Shown here: one piece after another, positions 47,383 through 56,459 of the stretch
Layout of the letters: every line of letters begins with the position of its first letter
Position numbering within the stretch: position 1 is the stretch's first letter
Source of the DNA: Candidatus Latescibacterota bacterium
GTDB taxonomy: Bacteria > Latescibacterota > UBA2968 > UBA8231
Assembly: GCA_965200315.1 (NCBI GenBank)
Contig: OZ241362.1
Span: 2,304,001-2,368,000 of the forward strand
Reading direction: 5' to 3'
DNA length: 64,000 bases
Notes under the pieces: model-generated
Database searches by the model: none
What the model saw: only the letters and a program-made list of their open reading frames with translations
Told to the model about the DNA's origin: nothing
Position numbers and translations under genes: made by a program

Positions 47383-48866
47383 CAGGGACCTCCGTGGCTG
47401 TGCTCATGCGTGGAGGATGTGGGTGCGCTACTCCCACCGCGATGGGGAGCACCGCCTGCTGGATACATCGCACTCGGCTGGGCGCGGATCTGGAGGGCAC
47501 TGTCGATTTTGAACGCGCCATTGATCACCACTTGCTCTCCCGCGCGCAGCCCCTCGCGGACCAAGTAGTAATCCCCGGCCCGCGGCCCAAGCACGACCTC
47601 GCGGCCTTCGTACATGCCCTCGCCGAGCGCGACGTACACCACAGCGCGTTTGCCCGTCAGCAGCGGTGCCGAAGCTGGCACCACTAGCGGCATCTCGCGC
47701 TCCGCCTCGTCGCCAGTGTCATACAGCTCTTCGGCGCTCACTAGGGCCATGCCGCAAATGTCGCAGGCACCGGGCGCGTCGCGGACGATCTCTGGGTGCA
47801 TTGGGCTGACCCACTTGCCCTTGAGCGCGGGCGACATGGCCCGGCCGTGGGCACCCACCTCGGCTTGGGCCACGGCCCACACCAGCATCCCCGGCTTTAG
47901 CCGACCTTGCTCGTTTGCCACGTTGACTCGTACGCGCACCGTGCGCGTACGCTCGTCCAGCACGGGATCGACGAAGGATATTTGGCCGTTGAACACCTCG
48001 CCCGGATAGGCTTCGGTCGAGAATTCGACGGCCTGACCGTAGTGGATCCAAGATATATCCGACTCGTAGGAGCGGAGTTCCAGCCACAGCCGCGACAAGT
48101 CCGCAATGGTGTATATCGGCGTCCCGGTCTGCACGTACGCCCCCTCGCTGAGGTGCTTTTCTATCACCACGCCACCTGTTGGCGCGTAGATCGTCAAGTG
48201 GTCGGAGGCACGGCGCTCGCGCTCGACGCGCTCGATTTGCTCCTCCTTCAGCCCAAGCAGGCGCAGCTTTTCTCGCGCGGCCTCGACTGTCGCCTGCGCC
48301 GTCTGCCCAACGGACGTGCCGCTGTCAATCAATCGCTCGCGAGCGCGCAGGGCCTGGATTAGCTCCTCTTGGGAGGTCAGTAACTCGGGGCTGTAGAGAT
48401 AGGCTATGTGATCGCCCTTTTCGACCCGCACGCCCGTGTAGTCCACGTACAGCCGATCAATCCGGCCCGCAACCCAAGCGGTGATGGAGCGGACTTGCGT
48501 CTCATCTACCGCAATTTTGCCGACCATCCGCGTCTCGACCGGCGCGAAGCGGCGCTCGACCGACGCAGTCTGGATGCTGGCAAGCTCCTGCGCGGCGGGT
48601 GACAGGCGCAGCTCGCGCGGCCCCAAGGAGTCTCCCACAGCGGGCGCAGCCACCGGGATTAGGTCCATTCCGCAAATTGGACATTGGCCCGGTCTAGGCT
48701 GGCGAATTTGCGGGTGCATCGAGCAAGTCCACGTTTCGGCCTGTTCAGCGACTGCAGAGGGTGCGTGTCCGCTCGGTGTGTCCGAGCCGCCCAGACCCCA
48801 ACCCACAGCGAGGCCGACGATCCCCGCCACGATACCGGTAGCTATTATTTGCTTTGTCGCTTTCAT
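47382..48866 (-). CDS. cusB: CusB-like RND periplasmic adaptor with two heavy-metal binding domains
   Basis: WTCSMHPQI...CPICGMDL and SPMHPEI...CDICGMAL; YSPEL...QEE; TRTVRVR; LKPGM. Confidence 0.9.
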   Translation of the reverse strand: MKATKQIIATGIVAGIVGLAVGWGLGGSDTPSGHAPSAVAEQAETWTCSMHPQIRQPRPGQCPICGMDLIPVAAPAVGDSLGPRELRLSPAAQELASIQTASVERRFAPVETRMVGKIAVDETQVRSITAWVAGRIDRLYVDYTGVRVEKGDHIAYLYSPELLTSQEELIQALRARERLIDSGTSVGQTAQATVEAAREKLRLLGLKEEQIERVERERRASDHLTIYAPTGGVVIEKHLSEGAYVQTGTPIYTIADLSRLWLELRSYESDISWIHYGQAVEFSTEAYPGEVFNGQISFVDPVLDERTRTVRVRVNVANEQGRLKPGMLVWAVAQAEVGAHGRAMSPALKGKWVSPMHPEIVRDAPGACDICGMALVSAEELYDTGDEAEREMPLVVPASAPLLTGKRAVVYVALGEGMYEGREVVLGPRAGDYYLVREGLRAGEQVVINGAFKIDSALQIRAQPSAMYPAGGAPHRGGSSAPTSSTHEHSHGGP

Positions 48867-50128
48867 CGTTGGATTTCCTCTGTGATTGAGGGTTCACCGA
48901 CCAGCTTCTCTATCTCGGCCCAATGCAGGGCTTGGTCGGTGCGTGCGCGTTCGTACGCTAGCTGGAACTCCAGCAAAGTCCGTTGGGCGTCGATGACCGC
49001 GAGAAAATCGCTGCGGTCGGCAGCAAAGGCGCGTTGGGTTACGTTGAGCACCTGTTCGGCCTTGGGCAGCAGGCTGTCTCGGTAGAGGGCACTGCGGCTT
49101 TGGGCGTCGCGCTGCTTGTACAAGGCCAGTTCCAACTCGGCAACGAGTCTATTCTCCTCGTCCGCAATGCCCTGCAAGGCGGCCTGATGGCTCAGCTTAG
49201 CTGCACGTTCCCCGGCCTCGTAGGACGAGCACCACAAGGGCAAATTGATCGTGGCCATGGCCATCAGTGGATTTTCGCCGCGTTCGCCGATGTGGATGTA
49301 ATCGAGACTCACGGTCAGGTCCGGGTAAAACCGCTTGCCAGCCAACTCGACGCCTAGGGACTGCGCCTGCACCTGCGCTTGTCGCATTTGCAGCGTTGGA
49401 TTCGCGGCCTGCAAACGCGCTTTTAACATTTCCTCGTCTAGGTCCGACGCAGCCATGGGCAGCGAATCGGGCACGGCTATCGGAGCCGTCGCCGTGCGAC
49501 CGAGCGCCGCATTTAATCGGGCCGTGACCGGCCGCCGTTGCTGACGCAGACTGCGCAGTTGATCCTCTAAGCGGCCCAATTCCACCTGCGCTTTGAGAAC
49601 CGGAGCGTGATCGCCGGTGCCGCCGCGATAGCGAGTGCGGCCTACTTCTTCTAGGTGGGCCAACAGCCGCAAGTTTTCCTCGCTGACGGCGATGGCCCGC
49701 TCCAAAAAGTAGCAGTCGTAGTACGCGGCCTTGACCTCGAAAATCAGCGACCGCCGAGTGGCTTCATAGCGCTGGGCTGCGGCTGCGGCCTCTTGCTGAG
49801 CGATCCGTCCCTTGAGATCCAATTTGCCCTTCCAAGGGAAGGTTTGCGCCGCGCTAAAGCGCATTTCCTGCGGGCCGGTGCGCGTCTCCACCGGGCGGAC
49901 GAAATAGCCGTAGGTCAGGCGGGGGTCGGCCCAAGCACTCGCCGGGGCCACCTTTGCTAGGGCGGCCTTGTAGCGAGTCAAAGCCTGCTTGAGCTTGGGA
50001 GTGTGCTGTTCGGCGTAGCGCACGTACTCCGCGAGGTCGGCGCGGGGATCGAGTGCTGCTTCTTCCTGTGACCAAATCGGTCCTGCGAGCAAACCGACTA
50101 GCAGTAGGGCCGTTTTACTTTTGTACAT
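48863..50128 (-). CDS. TolC/CusC-family outer membrane efflux protein
   Basis: GAGGAG RBS, signal peptide, Q.FPW.GKL, FYPD, DFL.VIDAQR.L. Confidence 0.88.
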   Translation of the reverse strand: MYKSKTALLLVGLLAGPIWSQEEAALDPRADLAEYVRYAEQHTPKLKQALTRYKAALAKVAPASAWADPRLTYGYFVRPVETRTGPQEMRFSAAQTFPWKGKLDLKGRIAQQEAAAAAQRYEATRRSLIFEVKAAYYDCYFLERAIAVSEENLRLLAHLEEVGRTRYRGGTGDHAPVLKAQVELGRLEDQLRSLRQQRRPVTARLNAALGRTATAPIAVPDSLPMAASDLDEEMLKARLQAANPTLQMRQAQVQAQSLGVELAGKRFYPDLTVSLDYIHIGERGENPLMAMATINLPLWCSSYEAGERAAKLSHQAALQGIADEENRLVAELELALYKQRDAQSRSALYRDSLLPKAEQVLNVTQRAFAADRSDFLAVIDAQRTLLEFQLAYERARTDQALHWAEIEKLVGEPSITEEIQR

Positions 50129-50274
50129 GCAAATACTCCTCGCCGCGGGAGGTCTGAAATTCTCGTATAGACCCCGCAAATTGAGTGGAGTGTGGGACTT
50201 AGAAGCGTCTGAAAATTTCCGAGTATGCCCTAAGTTCGGACAGCTTATTTAGGACAAACCCAGTGCGGCGAGAA

Positions 50275-50631
50275 TCAGATCAGAAAGGAGCAGTAGAGTT
50301 GGAAAAGCGGGGGATGTGGTTGGGGAATGCGGTTGGGCAGCGGTCGCAGCGCAGCCGAACGAGGCGGCAGCGGAGCGGCCGCAACCATGCCGAGCACGGG
50401 CGTTGAGACGGATAGCTGCTCGGCTGGGGGAACAAAAGGAGGAGACGCGCTGTTGGATTTGGTGCGCAGACAGCAACAACCCGCTTGCAGGCCCACGTCG
50501 CCGCAGGCATTGGCGACGTGGCAGGGCATGGGAGCGGCCTCTGCGACAGAAGCACAGAAAACCTGCAAGCCGCTACAGACAAAAGCCAGCAGCAGGACTA
50601 AAGACGCAGTTATGAGTCGAACGTTTTTCAT
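50275..50631 (-). CDS. Cys/Pro-rich leader ORF upstream of the Cu efflux operon (DUF2946-like)
   Basis: Signal-like N-terminus, PMPCH, GCCC, Pro-rich C-terminus HPPLFQLYCSFLI. Confidence 0.6.
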   Translation of the reverse strand: MKNVRLITASLVLLLAFVCSGLQVFCASVAEAAPMPCHVANACGDVGLQAGCCCLRTKSNSASPPFVPPAEQLSVSTPVLGMVAAAPLPPRSAALRPLPNRIPQPHPPLFQLYCSFLI

Positions 50632-50698
50632 TCGCAATCAATCGCTCGGCAGCAGGCCAAGTACACAAATAGACTACGGATCGAATAAAGAAAATTCG

Positions 50699-51415
50699 CT
50701 ACTTGGGCACCAGCTTGCGCACGCCGCGCTCGTACACCACCTCGTACTCGCCCTCCGGCACCTTCATATTCCGCACGGCCAATTCGCCCATCGTCACCAG
50801 CGGCTCAGACTTTAAGAGCAGCTCGTCGAACGACTCCTCGGGCGTCTTGCCGGTGGTGTCTAAGACGATGGTGCGGTTCTGGTGGGTAAACAGCGACGCG
50901 GCGATCTCTTCCTCAAAGCGCGCTTTAACCTCGGCAATATGTTCTTGGCGTACGACCGGATATTCGTGCGGGCTGTCCTGCATCCGCCGTGCGATCTCCT
51001 CGTCGGAGGCCGTTACGTGGAAGAGCACCACATCGGGCAGATGGGCCTCGATCACCAGCGATTCGTAGAGCCGCTGGAAGCCGTAGTGGAAGTTCGGGTA
51101 GTAAAAGCTGTCCGGGTCGTCGCCGTAAAAGCGAGTGTACACGGCCTCCTCTAGATGCCAGCCGACGATCAGCGGACAGGCGTACTTTTTGATGATGTCC
51201 ACATGGTAGTGGATCTGCATTCGCTGGGAGCGCTCCTTCATGTCGTTGGGCAAGCCAACCAATATCTGGCGCGACTCCGGGCTGAGCGAAGCGTCGGGGA
51301 GGGTGAAATGATCGTCGCCGTGGATAGGGACTCGGCGGTGCCGGTAGTACCCCCCGAGCATGGTGGCCAGCGTACTTTTCCCTGCGTATTCAATGCCTGC
51401 AAAAATGCTGCGCAT
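50699..51415 (-). CDS. P-loop nucleoside monophosphate kinase-like protein
   Basis: IFAGIEYAGKST, PDVVLFHVTAS.EEI..R, LDTT.KT.EE. Confidence 0.7.
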   Translation of the reverse strand: MRSIFAGIEYAGKSTLATMLGGYYRHRRVPIHGDDHFTLPDASLSPESRQILVGLPNDMKERSQRMQIHYHVDIIKKYACPLIVGWHLEEAVYTRFYGDDPDSFYYPNFHYGFQRLYESLVIEAHLPDVVLFHVTASDEEIARRMQDSPHEYPVVRQEHIAEVKARFEEEIAASLFTHQNRTIVLDTTGKTPEESFDELLLKSEPLVTMGELAVRNMKVPEGEYEVVYERGVRKLVPK

Positions 51416-51504
51416 GTCTGCTCTCCTTAGGGCTTTTCAAGACGGCGTTCTCAGATATATTGTCAAAGGTAAGTCGCTTCACACCCTCCAGCAAACGCCT
51501 GCTT

Positions 51505-52521
51505 ATGCCCGCTAGCTCTGCCAAAATTGGCGTCCTCGTCGCCCAGCTCGGCACGCCGCAAGCACCCACTGCCCGCGCCCTGCGGCCCTATCTGCGCCAA
51601 TTCCTCTCCGACCCGCGCGTCATCGACCTCCACCCGCTCAGGTGGTATCCCATTCTCTATCTTTTGGTCCTCACCCGCCGTCCCGCGCGCTCGGCCGCCC
51701 TGTACGCCAATATCTGGACCGACGAAGGCTCGCCTCTCATGGTCCATTCCCAAGCGCAAACCCGCGGCTTGCAAGAGCGGTTGGGCGCGGCATACCGGGT
51801 CGTGCTCGGCATGCGCTACGGCGAGCCGAGTATCGCACGTGCCGTACAGTCCCTAGAGGGGGAAGGCGTCGAGCGCATTCTCGTCTTTCCCATGTACCCG
51901 CAGTTTTCCTGTGCCACCACCGGCTCGATCTACGACGCGGTCAACCGCGCGGCCTTGGGCCGGCGCTGCCCTTGGTTTTTCGACCGCAAACGCCAGATGC
52001 CGGTGCTGCGCTTTGTCCCGCCCTACGCAGACCACCCCGCGTACATCAATGCACTCAAACAGTCGGTCGCCGAAGCGGTCGCCCACCTCCATTGGACGCC
52101 TGACCGCTACCTCATCACCTTCCACGGCATTCCCCAGCGCTATGTCGATGAAGGCGACCCCTACCGCCGCCAGTGCGAGGAAACCGCACACCAGCTAGCC
52201 ACAGCACTCGGTCTCGCAGATGATGAGTGGGTCAGCGGCTTCCAATCGCGCTTTGGCAAAGAGCCTTGGTTAGAGCCTTATACCGAGGAGGTGCTGGCGC
52301 GTCTCGGGGGACAGGGCGTGCGCCGCTTAGTCGCCATCTGCCCCGGCTTTACCGCCGATTGTCTCGAAACGCTCGACGAGATTGGCCGCGAAGGAGCCGA
52401 GCAATTTGCCCACGGAGGCGGCCAACAGTTCCACTTAGTGCCCTGCCTCAACAACCACCCAGCTTGGCTCGACGCCATGGCCGCTATCGCCCGCCAAGAA
52501 CTAGCCGGTTGGGATGCCTGA
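51505..52521 (+). CDS. hemH: Ferrochelatase
   Basis: LGTP, YL.QFLSD.RV, GSPL, GMRYG.PS, P.YPQFS..TT, FHGIP, FQSRFG..PWL.P, PGF.ADCLETL.EI, PCLN. Confidence 0.96.
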   Translation: MPASSAKIGVLVAQLGTPQAPTARALRPYLRQFLSDPRVIDLHPLRWYPILYLLVLTRRPARSAALYANIWTDEGSPLMVHSQAQTRGLQERLGAAYRVVLGMRYGEPSIARAVQSLEGEGVERILVFPMYPQFSCATTGSIYDAVNRAALGRRCPWFFDRKRQMPVLRFVPPYADHPAYINALKQSVAEAVAHLHWTPDRYLITFHGIPQRYVDEGDPYRRQCEETAHQLATALGLADDEWVSGFQSRFGKEPWLEPYTEEVLARLGGQGVRRLVAICPGFTADCLETLDEIGREGAEQFAHGGGQQFHLVPCLNNHPAWLDAMAAIARQELAGWDA

Positions 52522-52539
52522 CGGCAATGCGTCCTTTGC

Positions 52540-52569
52540 TTGACAATTTTATGTCTTTTTTGTCATACT
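52540..52569 (+). promoter_or_regulatory. Probable sigma70 promoter with overlapping palindrome
   Basis: TTGACA-N18-CATACT with extended TG; TGACAA...TTGTCA inverted repeat. Confidence 0.5.
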
Positions 52570-52584
52570 TAGCGCGGCTCTGCC

Positions 52585-53694
52585 ATGGACAAGCTACCCC
52601 TCGCGCTCGAACGCAAACTCATCCGACTCGGCACTCGTCTCATCGACCAAAAGCGCGGCCGACGCCTCGTTGAGCCGACCCAAGACCGCGATGGCTTCTG
52701 GTTTGGCGGCGGCAACTCGGTCCGCGACCCCAGCGATGGCAGCCTCTGGCTCATCGGCCGCTACCGAGACGCCGGCGACAGCCGCACCGGGCTGACCGCC
52801 GGCTCCCGAGGCCGCGCCTTGGCCATTTTTCGCTCAAAGGACAATGGACGGAGCTTTGCCGAGGTTCGCACTTGGAACAAGTCCGACCTCTACTGCGGCT
52901 CGGCCGTGCTCAGCATCGAGGGCAGCACTCTGCGCCTCAACAAGAACCGCGTTCAAGTGCTGGTCTCCACCGAAAAAGTTCGCCTCTACCCACGGCCCGT
53001 CGCTGCTTTTCAGAAGCCGGGCACCGGCGTCTGGAGCATCGACGCCTTCTCTGCTACCTCCATTGACCGGCTCGACCCACAGGCGTCGCTTGCACCGCTG
53101 CTGATGAGCGACGATCCAGCCTATCTGCACCTCAAAGACCCCAACTTCTCGGACCGAAGGGGCCGGCAGCCTCTACTGTTCTATTGCGCTCATCCCTACA
53201 CTTGGTCTGCAAGCACTTCGGGCCACGGAGTACTGGCGGCTCATTCGTGCAAGAGCCACGGCCACGACTTCTTTCCCCGCGGCCCGACTTGGGATGCGGC
53301 GGCCTTGCGCGTCACCTGCCGTCTGTCCGTGCCCAAGGTGGGTGCATTCGCTTGTTTACCTGCGCTCTCGCTCTATTTCTACGACGGGGCCGAGTCTATG
53401 CGTCCGCTCAAAGCGCATGCAAAAGGGGTCGTCCGGCCGCGCGGGTACTCCTGCGAGGAATTGGGAGGCTTGGCGTATGGCTTCGATCGCCAATTTCCGC
53501 GCCTTTACCGCCTCAGCCGTCTCCAGCCGCTCTTCGTCTCTCCAGAAGGCACGGGCTGCTCGCGCTACGTGTCCGTGCTGACAGAAGCGGACGGAGGGCT
53601 TTTCGCCACCTGGCAACGCTCGACCCCTACCCGCTCGCAGCCGCTTTTCGGCCACCGGCTCACGCCAAGGCGGGTTGAGTCCCTGCTATCCTGA
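52585..53694 (+). CDS. Beta-propeller glycosidase/sialidase-like protein
   Basis: Asp-box SKDNGRSF; FWFGGG, SIEG, HLKDP, RYVS. Confidence 0.55.
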   Translation: MDKLPLALERKLIRLGTRLIDQKRGRRLVEPTQDRDGFWFGGGNSVRDPSDGSLWLIGRYRDAGDSRTGLTAGSRGRALAIFRSKDNGRSFAEVRTWNKSDLYCGSAVLSIEGSTLRLNKNRVQVLVSTEKVRLYPRPVAAFQKPGTGVWSIDAFSATSIDRLDPQASLAPLLMSDDPAYLHLKDPNFSDRRGRQPLLFYCAHPYTWSASTSGHGVLAAHSCKSHGHDFFPRGPTWDAAALRVTCRLSVPKVGAFACLPALSLYFYDGAESMRPLKAHAKGVVRPRGYSCEELGGLAYGFDRQFPRLYRLSRLQPLFVSPEGTGCSRYVSVLTEADGGLFATWQRSTPTRSQPLFGHRLTPRRVESLLS

Positions 53695-53699
53695 AATTC

Positions 53700-54350
53700 T
53701 TAGGGGGCGTCCAGCCGCGCCCGCAGCCAAGAGTCCAAGTCCTCTAAGCACGGCTGGTCAATCGCGTGGGGCATATCGTATTCTTTGTACGACAAGTCCA
53801 ACCCGAGGGGAGTGAGCAGGTCTCTGGAGGCGCGGGCTTGGGCAACGGGGATGACCGGATCAAAGCACCCATGCGACATAAAAATTTTCAGGCCCCGCAC
53901 CGACGCCGTATCTTCCGGCAACATCTCCGGACTGCACAGCCCGCTCAATGCAATGGCCCCGGCAAAATCCCGAGGCCGCTTCAGCGCGGCAGCCAAGGCC
54001 ATGCTCGCTCCTTGGCTGAACCCCGCGATGAAGATGCGATCTGGCCGGTGCGTGCTCCGCAGCGCGTCCACCAAGGCCAAGACCTGCCTCAGCGGTTCGG
54101 CCGCCTCGGCAAAATCAAAGCGCACCCCCTCTGCGCCGATCTCGATATTAAACCATGCAAAGCCGCCAAAATCGAGCGCGTAGGGCGCACGAACACTGAC
54201 GCTAAGGAGCCGCGCATCCAAGTGCGGCACCAAACCGAGTAGATCCTCCTCATTGGCACCATAGCCGTGCAAAAGCAGGAGCAGCGGTGCCCCTTTGAAA
54301 GGCGCGTCGGGCGACTTGTAGGAGACGTGGTAGAGAGATGCTTTAGCCAT
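53700..54350 (-). CDS. Phospholipase/carboxylesterase (alpha/beta hydrolase)
   Basis: LLHGYG, GFSQG, HG..DPVIP, H.I. Confidence 0.92.
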   Translation of the reverse strand: MAKASLYHVSYKSPDAPFKGAPLLLLLHGYGANEEDLLGLVPHLDARLLSVSVRAPYALDFGGFAWFNIEIGAEGVRFDFAEAAEPLRQVLALVDALRSTHRPDRIFIAGFSQGASMALAAALKRPRDFAGAIALSGLCSPEMLPEDTASVRGLKIFMSHGCFDPVIPVAQARASRDLLTPLGLDLSYKEYDMPHAIDQPCLEDLDSWLRARLDAP

Positions 54351-54357
54351 GTCGCCG

Positions 54358-56457
54358 CTACGCTACCAAGACTTTGTACTGCCCGGCCCGCCGCAACACC
54401 ATCACCATCCGCTCCTCTTGGCTGATTAGCTCATGCACGTGGAAATTGGGATGGGCTTTCTCGTTGCGCCACACGGTCTCGCCGTTGATTTCGATTTGGG
54501 GGAAGCGCTTGTCGCGGCGGGGTACGGACAGGTGCGTTTCGCCGTCGTGCGGCACAGCAAGACGCGCGGAAAAGCCGCCGCCATACGCCCCCCAAGCAAC
54601 CTCGACATCGCCGTGTGGCGTGGGCACGACGCCCCCGGCGCGTTCGAGCCCGGACAATTGCGGCCGAATCTCCAAGATTCCCTCGGCTTTAGGAACCACC
54701 CCCAGAACGTGCGCCGCCAGCAAGCTCTCCGGTCCAGGTTGCGTGGCCAACGACCCGGCCTTCTCGCCCCATGTCCGGCCCGGGCTCGCCAGCAAGCGGC
54801 CCCATTTTCCCTGTACGTAAGCCAAGGCCGCCGCGTCCGCACCCGCTCGCCACAGCGCCCCGGCGACAAAAAACGCCTGCCACAAATCGCCTTCTGACTC
54901 CAAGGCATCGGATAGGTGTTGCGCCACGCGCACTTGCTGCCTAGGGTTGGCCAAATCGAAGTAGAGCACCAGAGCATTCGTCCAGCGGCTGCAATCAGCG
55001 GACCCAGCAGCATCGGCAAAAAGCCCTTGCTCTTCGCTCCAAGCGGCTTGCAATTGCTTGCGCGCCCGGTGATGAGTGCGCTCGCATTGGACCGCTTGCT
55101 GGCGGTTCCTCGTGCGCCGACACAAGGCCGCGACCGCAAGCCAAGCCCCGGCCCGCAGAGCAACAGTAGTGGTCGCCTGCGCACCTTCGGCCTCGGCCGT
55201 TTGCAAGCTATTCACTAGCTCCGCTAGCCGCTCGGCAGTCAATCGGTCTCCGCTATAGCGCTGCGCCAGCTCGACGAACAATGCGTGGAAACAGGCTTGT
55301 TCTCCGCCGATCGGTGTCTTGCTGCCAGTCAGTACAGCGCACATCGTATCCACGCGGCCGGTCGCGGACAAATCGTTCATGGCCCAGACGTAGAGCTGGT
55401 CCCAGTTGAGCCGTTCCGTGCCGAGGGAATACACTTCTTGGCGGCTAGCGGCTAAGGTTTGCTCTCCGGTCCGCCACAGCCGCTCCCAATCTTCGCCCAC
55501 GGTTGTAAAGCTCCCGCACGGCTCGACAACTACGCGCCGCTCCACCAGCGCGACACTGTCTATTTCCATGGCTTCTGGGCACGATCCGATCCGCACCACT
55601 AGGTAGCGGCACGTCGCCAATTGCGGCGCTGTCCACTCCTGCAATCCGTCGCGGCACACGTAGCGCAAGCGCGATTCCACTGCGCCGCCCGCCCGCGCAA
55701 AACCTAGGTCAAGCACCGCGCCAGACCGACCTCGCAGCCGCAGATAGGGGAATCCGCAGAGCAACCGCCCGAAGTCCAAAACTAGGTATGCGGCCCGAGC
55801 TTCGTCTGTTGCCTGCACCAAGGAGTGGGTTTTACCGCCTGTCAGCAACGCTTCTCGCCGTACGCATTTGGCGGTCTGCATGGCCTCGGGGGACGCGACC
55901 CATGAGAGCGCACCCCCGCTAGCTACCTCGCCAAAAGCCACCACCTCTCGCGCCCACACCATGCTTTCCACAGCCGGCAACGGCGACCAATCCATTGGCT
56001 CGGCTCCGGCCACCACAGCCGCGTCCCGCCATCCCGCAAACTGCCCTTTGGCCCACTCAGCCGGTGCCAGCACGGCTGCGTAGCTAGCCGGACCCCAAGC
56101 ATCGGCTGGCTGCACCTGCCAAGGCTCACCGGTGTACAGCACCTGCTCGGCCCCATCGCTGCGCTCGATTTTGCCCTCGGCGCGGAACCAGTCTGCTGCG
56201 CCGCAGCCGATGGCAAAGACCAACAGCACGTTTTCGCCCTCCCGCAACGCAGCGTCCAACGCAAACTGCTCCCACACGGGCACTTCAGCCACCGCTGGCC
56301 CCAATCCCCTACCCACTCGCTCTCCATTCAAATACACCTCGTACGGCCCACTCGCAGCACAGCGCAGCAACCCTTTGGCTGCTGCGCTGGTCAGGTGAAA
56401 CTCGAGGCGGATGTACACGGCCAGTGCGGCCGGGTGCCATATAGCTTGCGAGTGCAT
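54358..56457 (-). CDS. Divergent alpha-L-rhamnosidase (GH78-like) protein
   Basis: YEVYLNG.RVG, LREGENVL, LDFGR...G, ER..W, G.VPTPHG.V.V.W. Confidence 0.7.
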   Translation of the reverse strand: MHSQAIWHPAALAVYIRLEFHLTSAAAKGLLRCAASGPYEVYLNGERVGRGLGPAVAEVPVWEQFALDAALREGENVLLVFAIGCGAADWFRAEGKIERSDGAEQVLYTGEPWQVQPADAWGPASYAAVLAPAEWAKGQFAGWRDAAVVAGAEPMDWSPLPAVESMVWAREVVAFGEVASGGALSWVASPEAMQTAKCVRREALLTGGKTHSLVQATDEARAAYLVLDFGRLLCGFPYLRLRGRSGAVLDLGFARAGGAVESRLRYVCRDGLQEWTAPQLATCRYLVVRIGSCPEAMEIDSVALVERRVVVEPCGSFTTVGEDWERLWRTGEQTLAASRQEVYSLGTERLNWDQLYVWAMNDLSATGRVDTMCAVLTGSKTPIGGEQACFHALFVELAQRYSGDRLTAERLAELVNSLQTAEAEGAQATTTVALRAGAWLAVAALCRRTRNRQQAVQCERTHHRARKQLQAAWSEEQGLFADAAGSADCSRWTNALVLYFDLANPRQQVRVAQHLSDALESEGDLWQAFFVAGALWRAGADAAALAYVQGKWGRLLASPGRTWGEKAGSLATQPGPESLLAAHVLGVVPKAEGILEIRPQLSGLERAGGVVPTPHGDVEVAWGAYGGGFSARLAVPHDGETHLSVPRRDKRFPQIEINGETVWRNEKAHPNFHVHELISQEERMVMVLRRAGQYKVLVA

Positions 56458-56459
56458 AC

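Noticed and set aside
50199-50252. TTAGAAGC-starting remnant resembling the 40159 MITE end
   Set aside because: Short match and poor inverted partner.
54358-56457. Catalytically dead GH78
   Set aside because: The DCPxR Asp motif is lost, but candidate catalytic Glu residues (ERLNW, TWGE) remain; cannot decide without an alignment.
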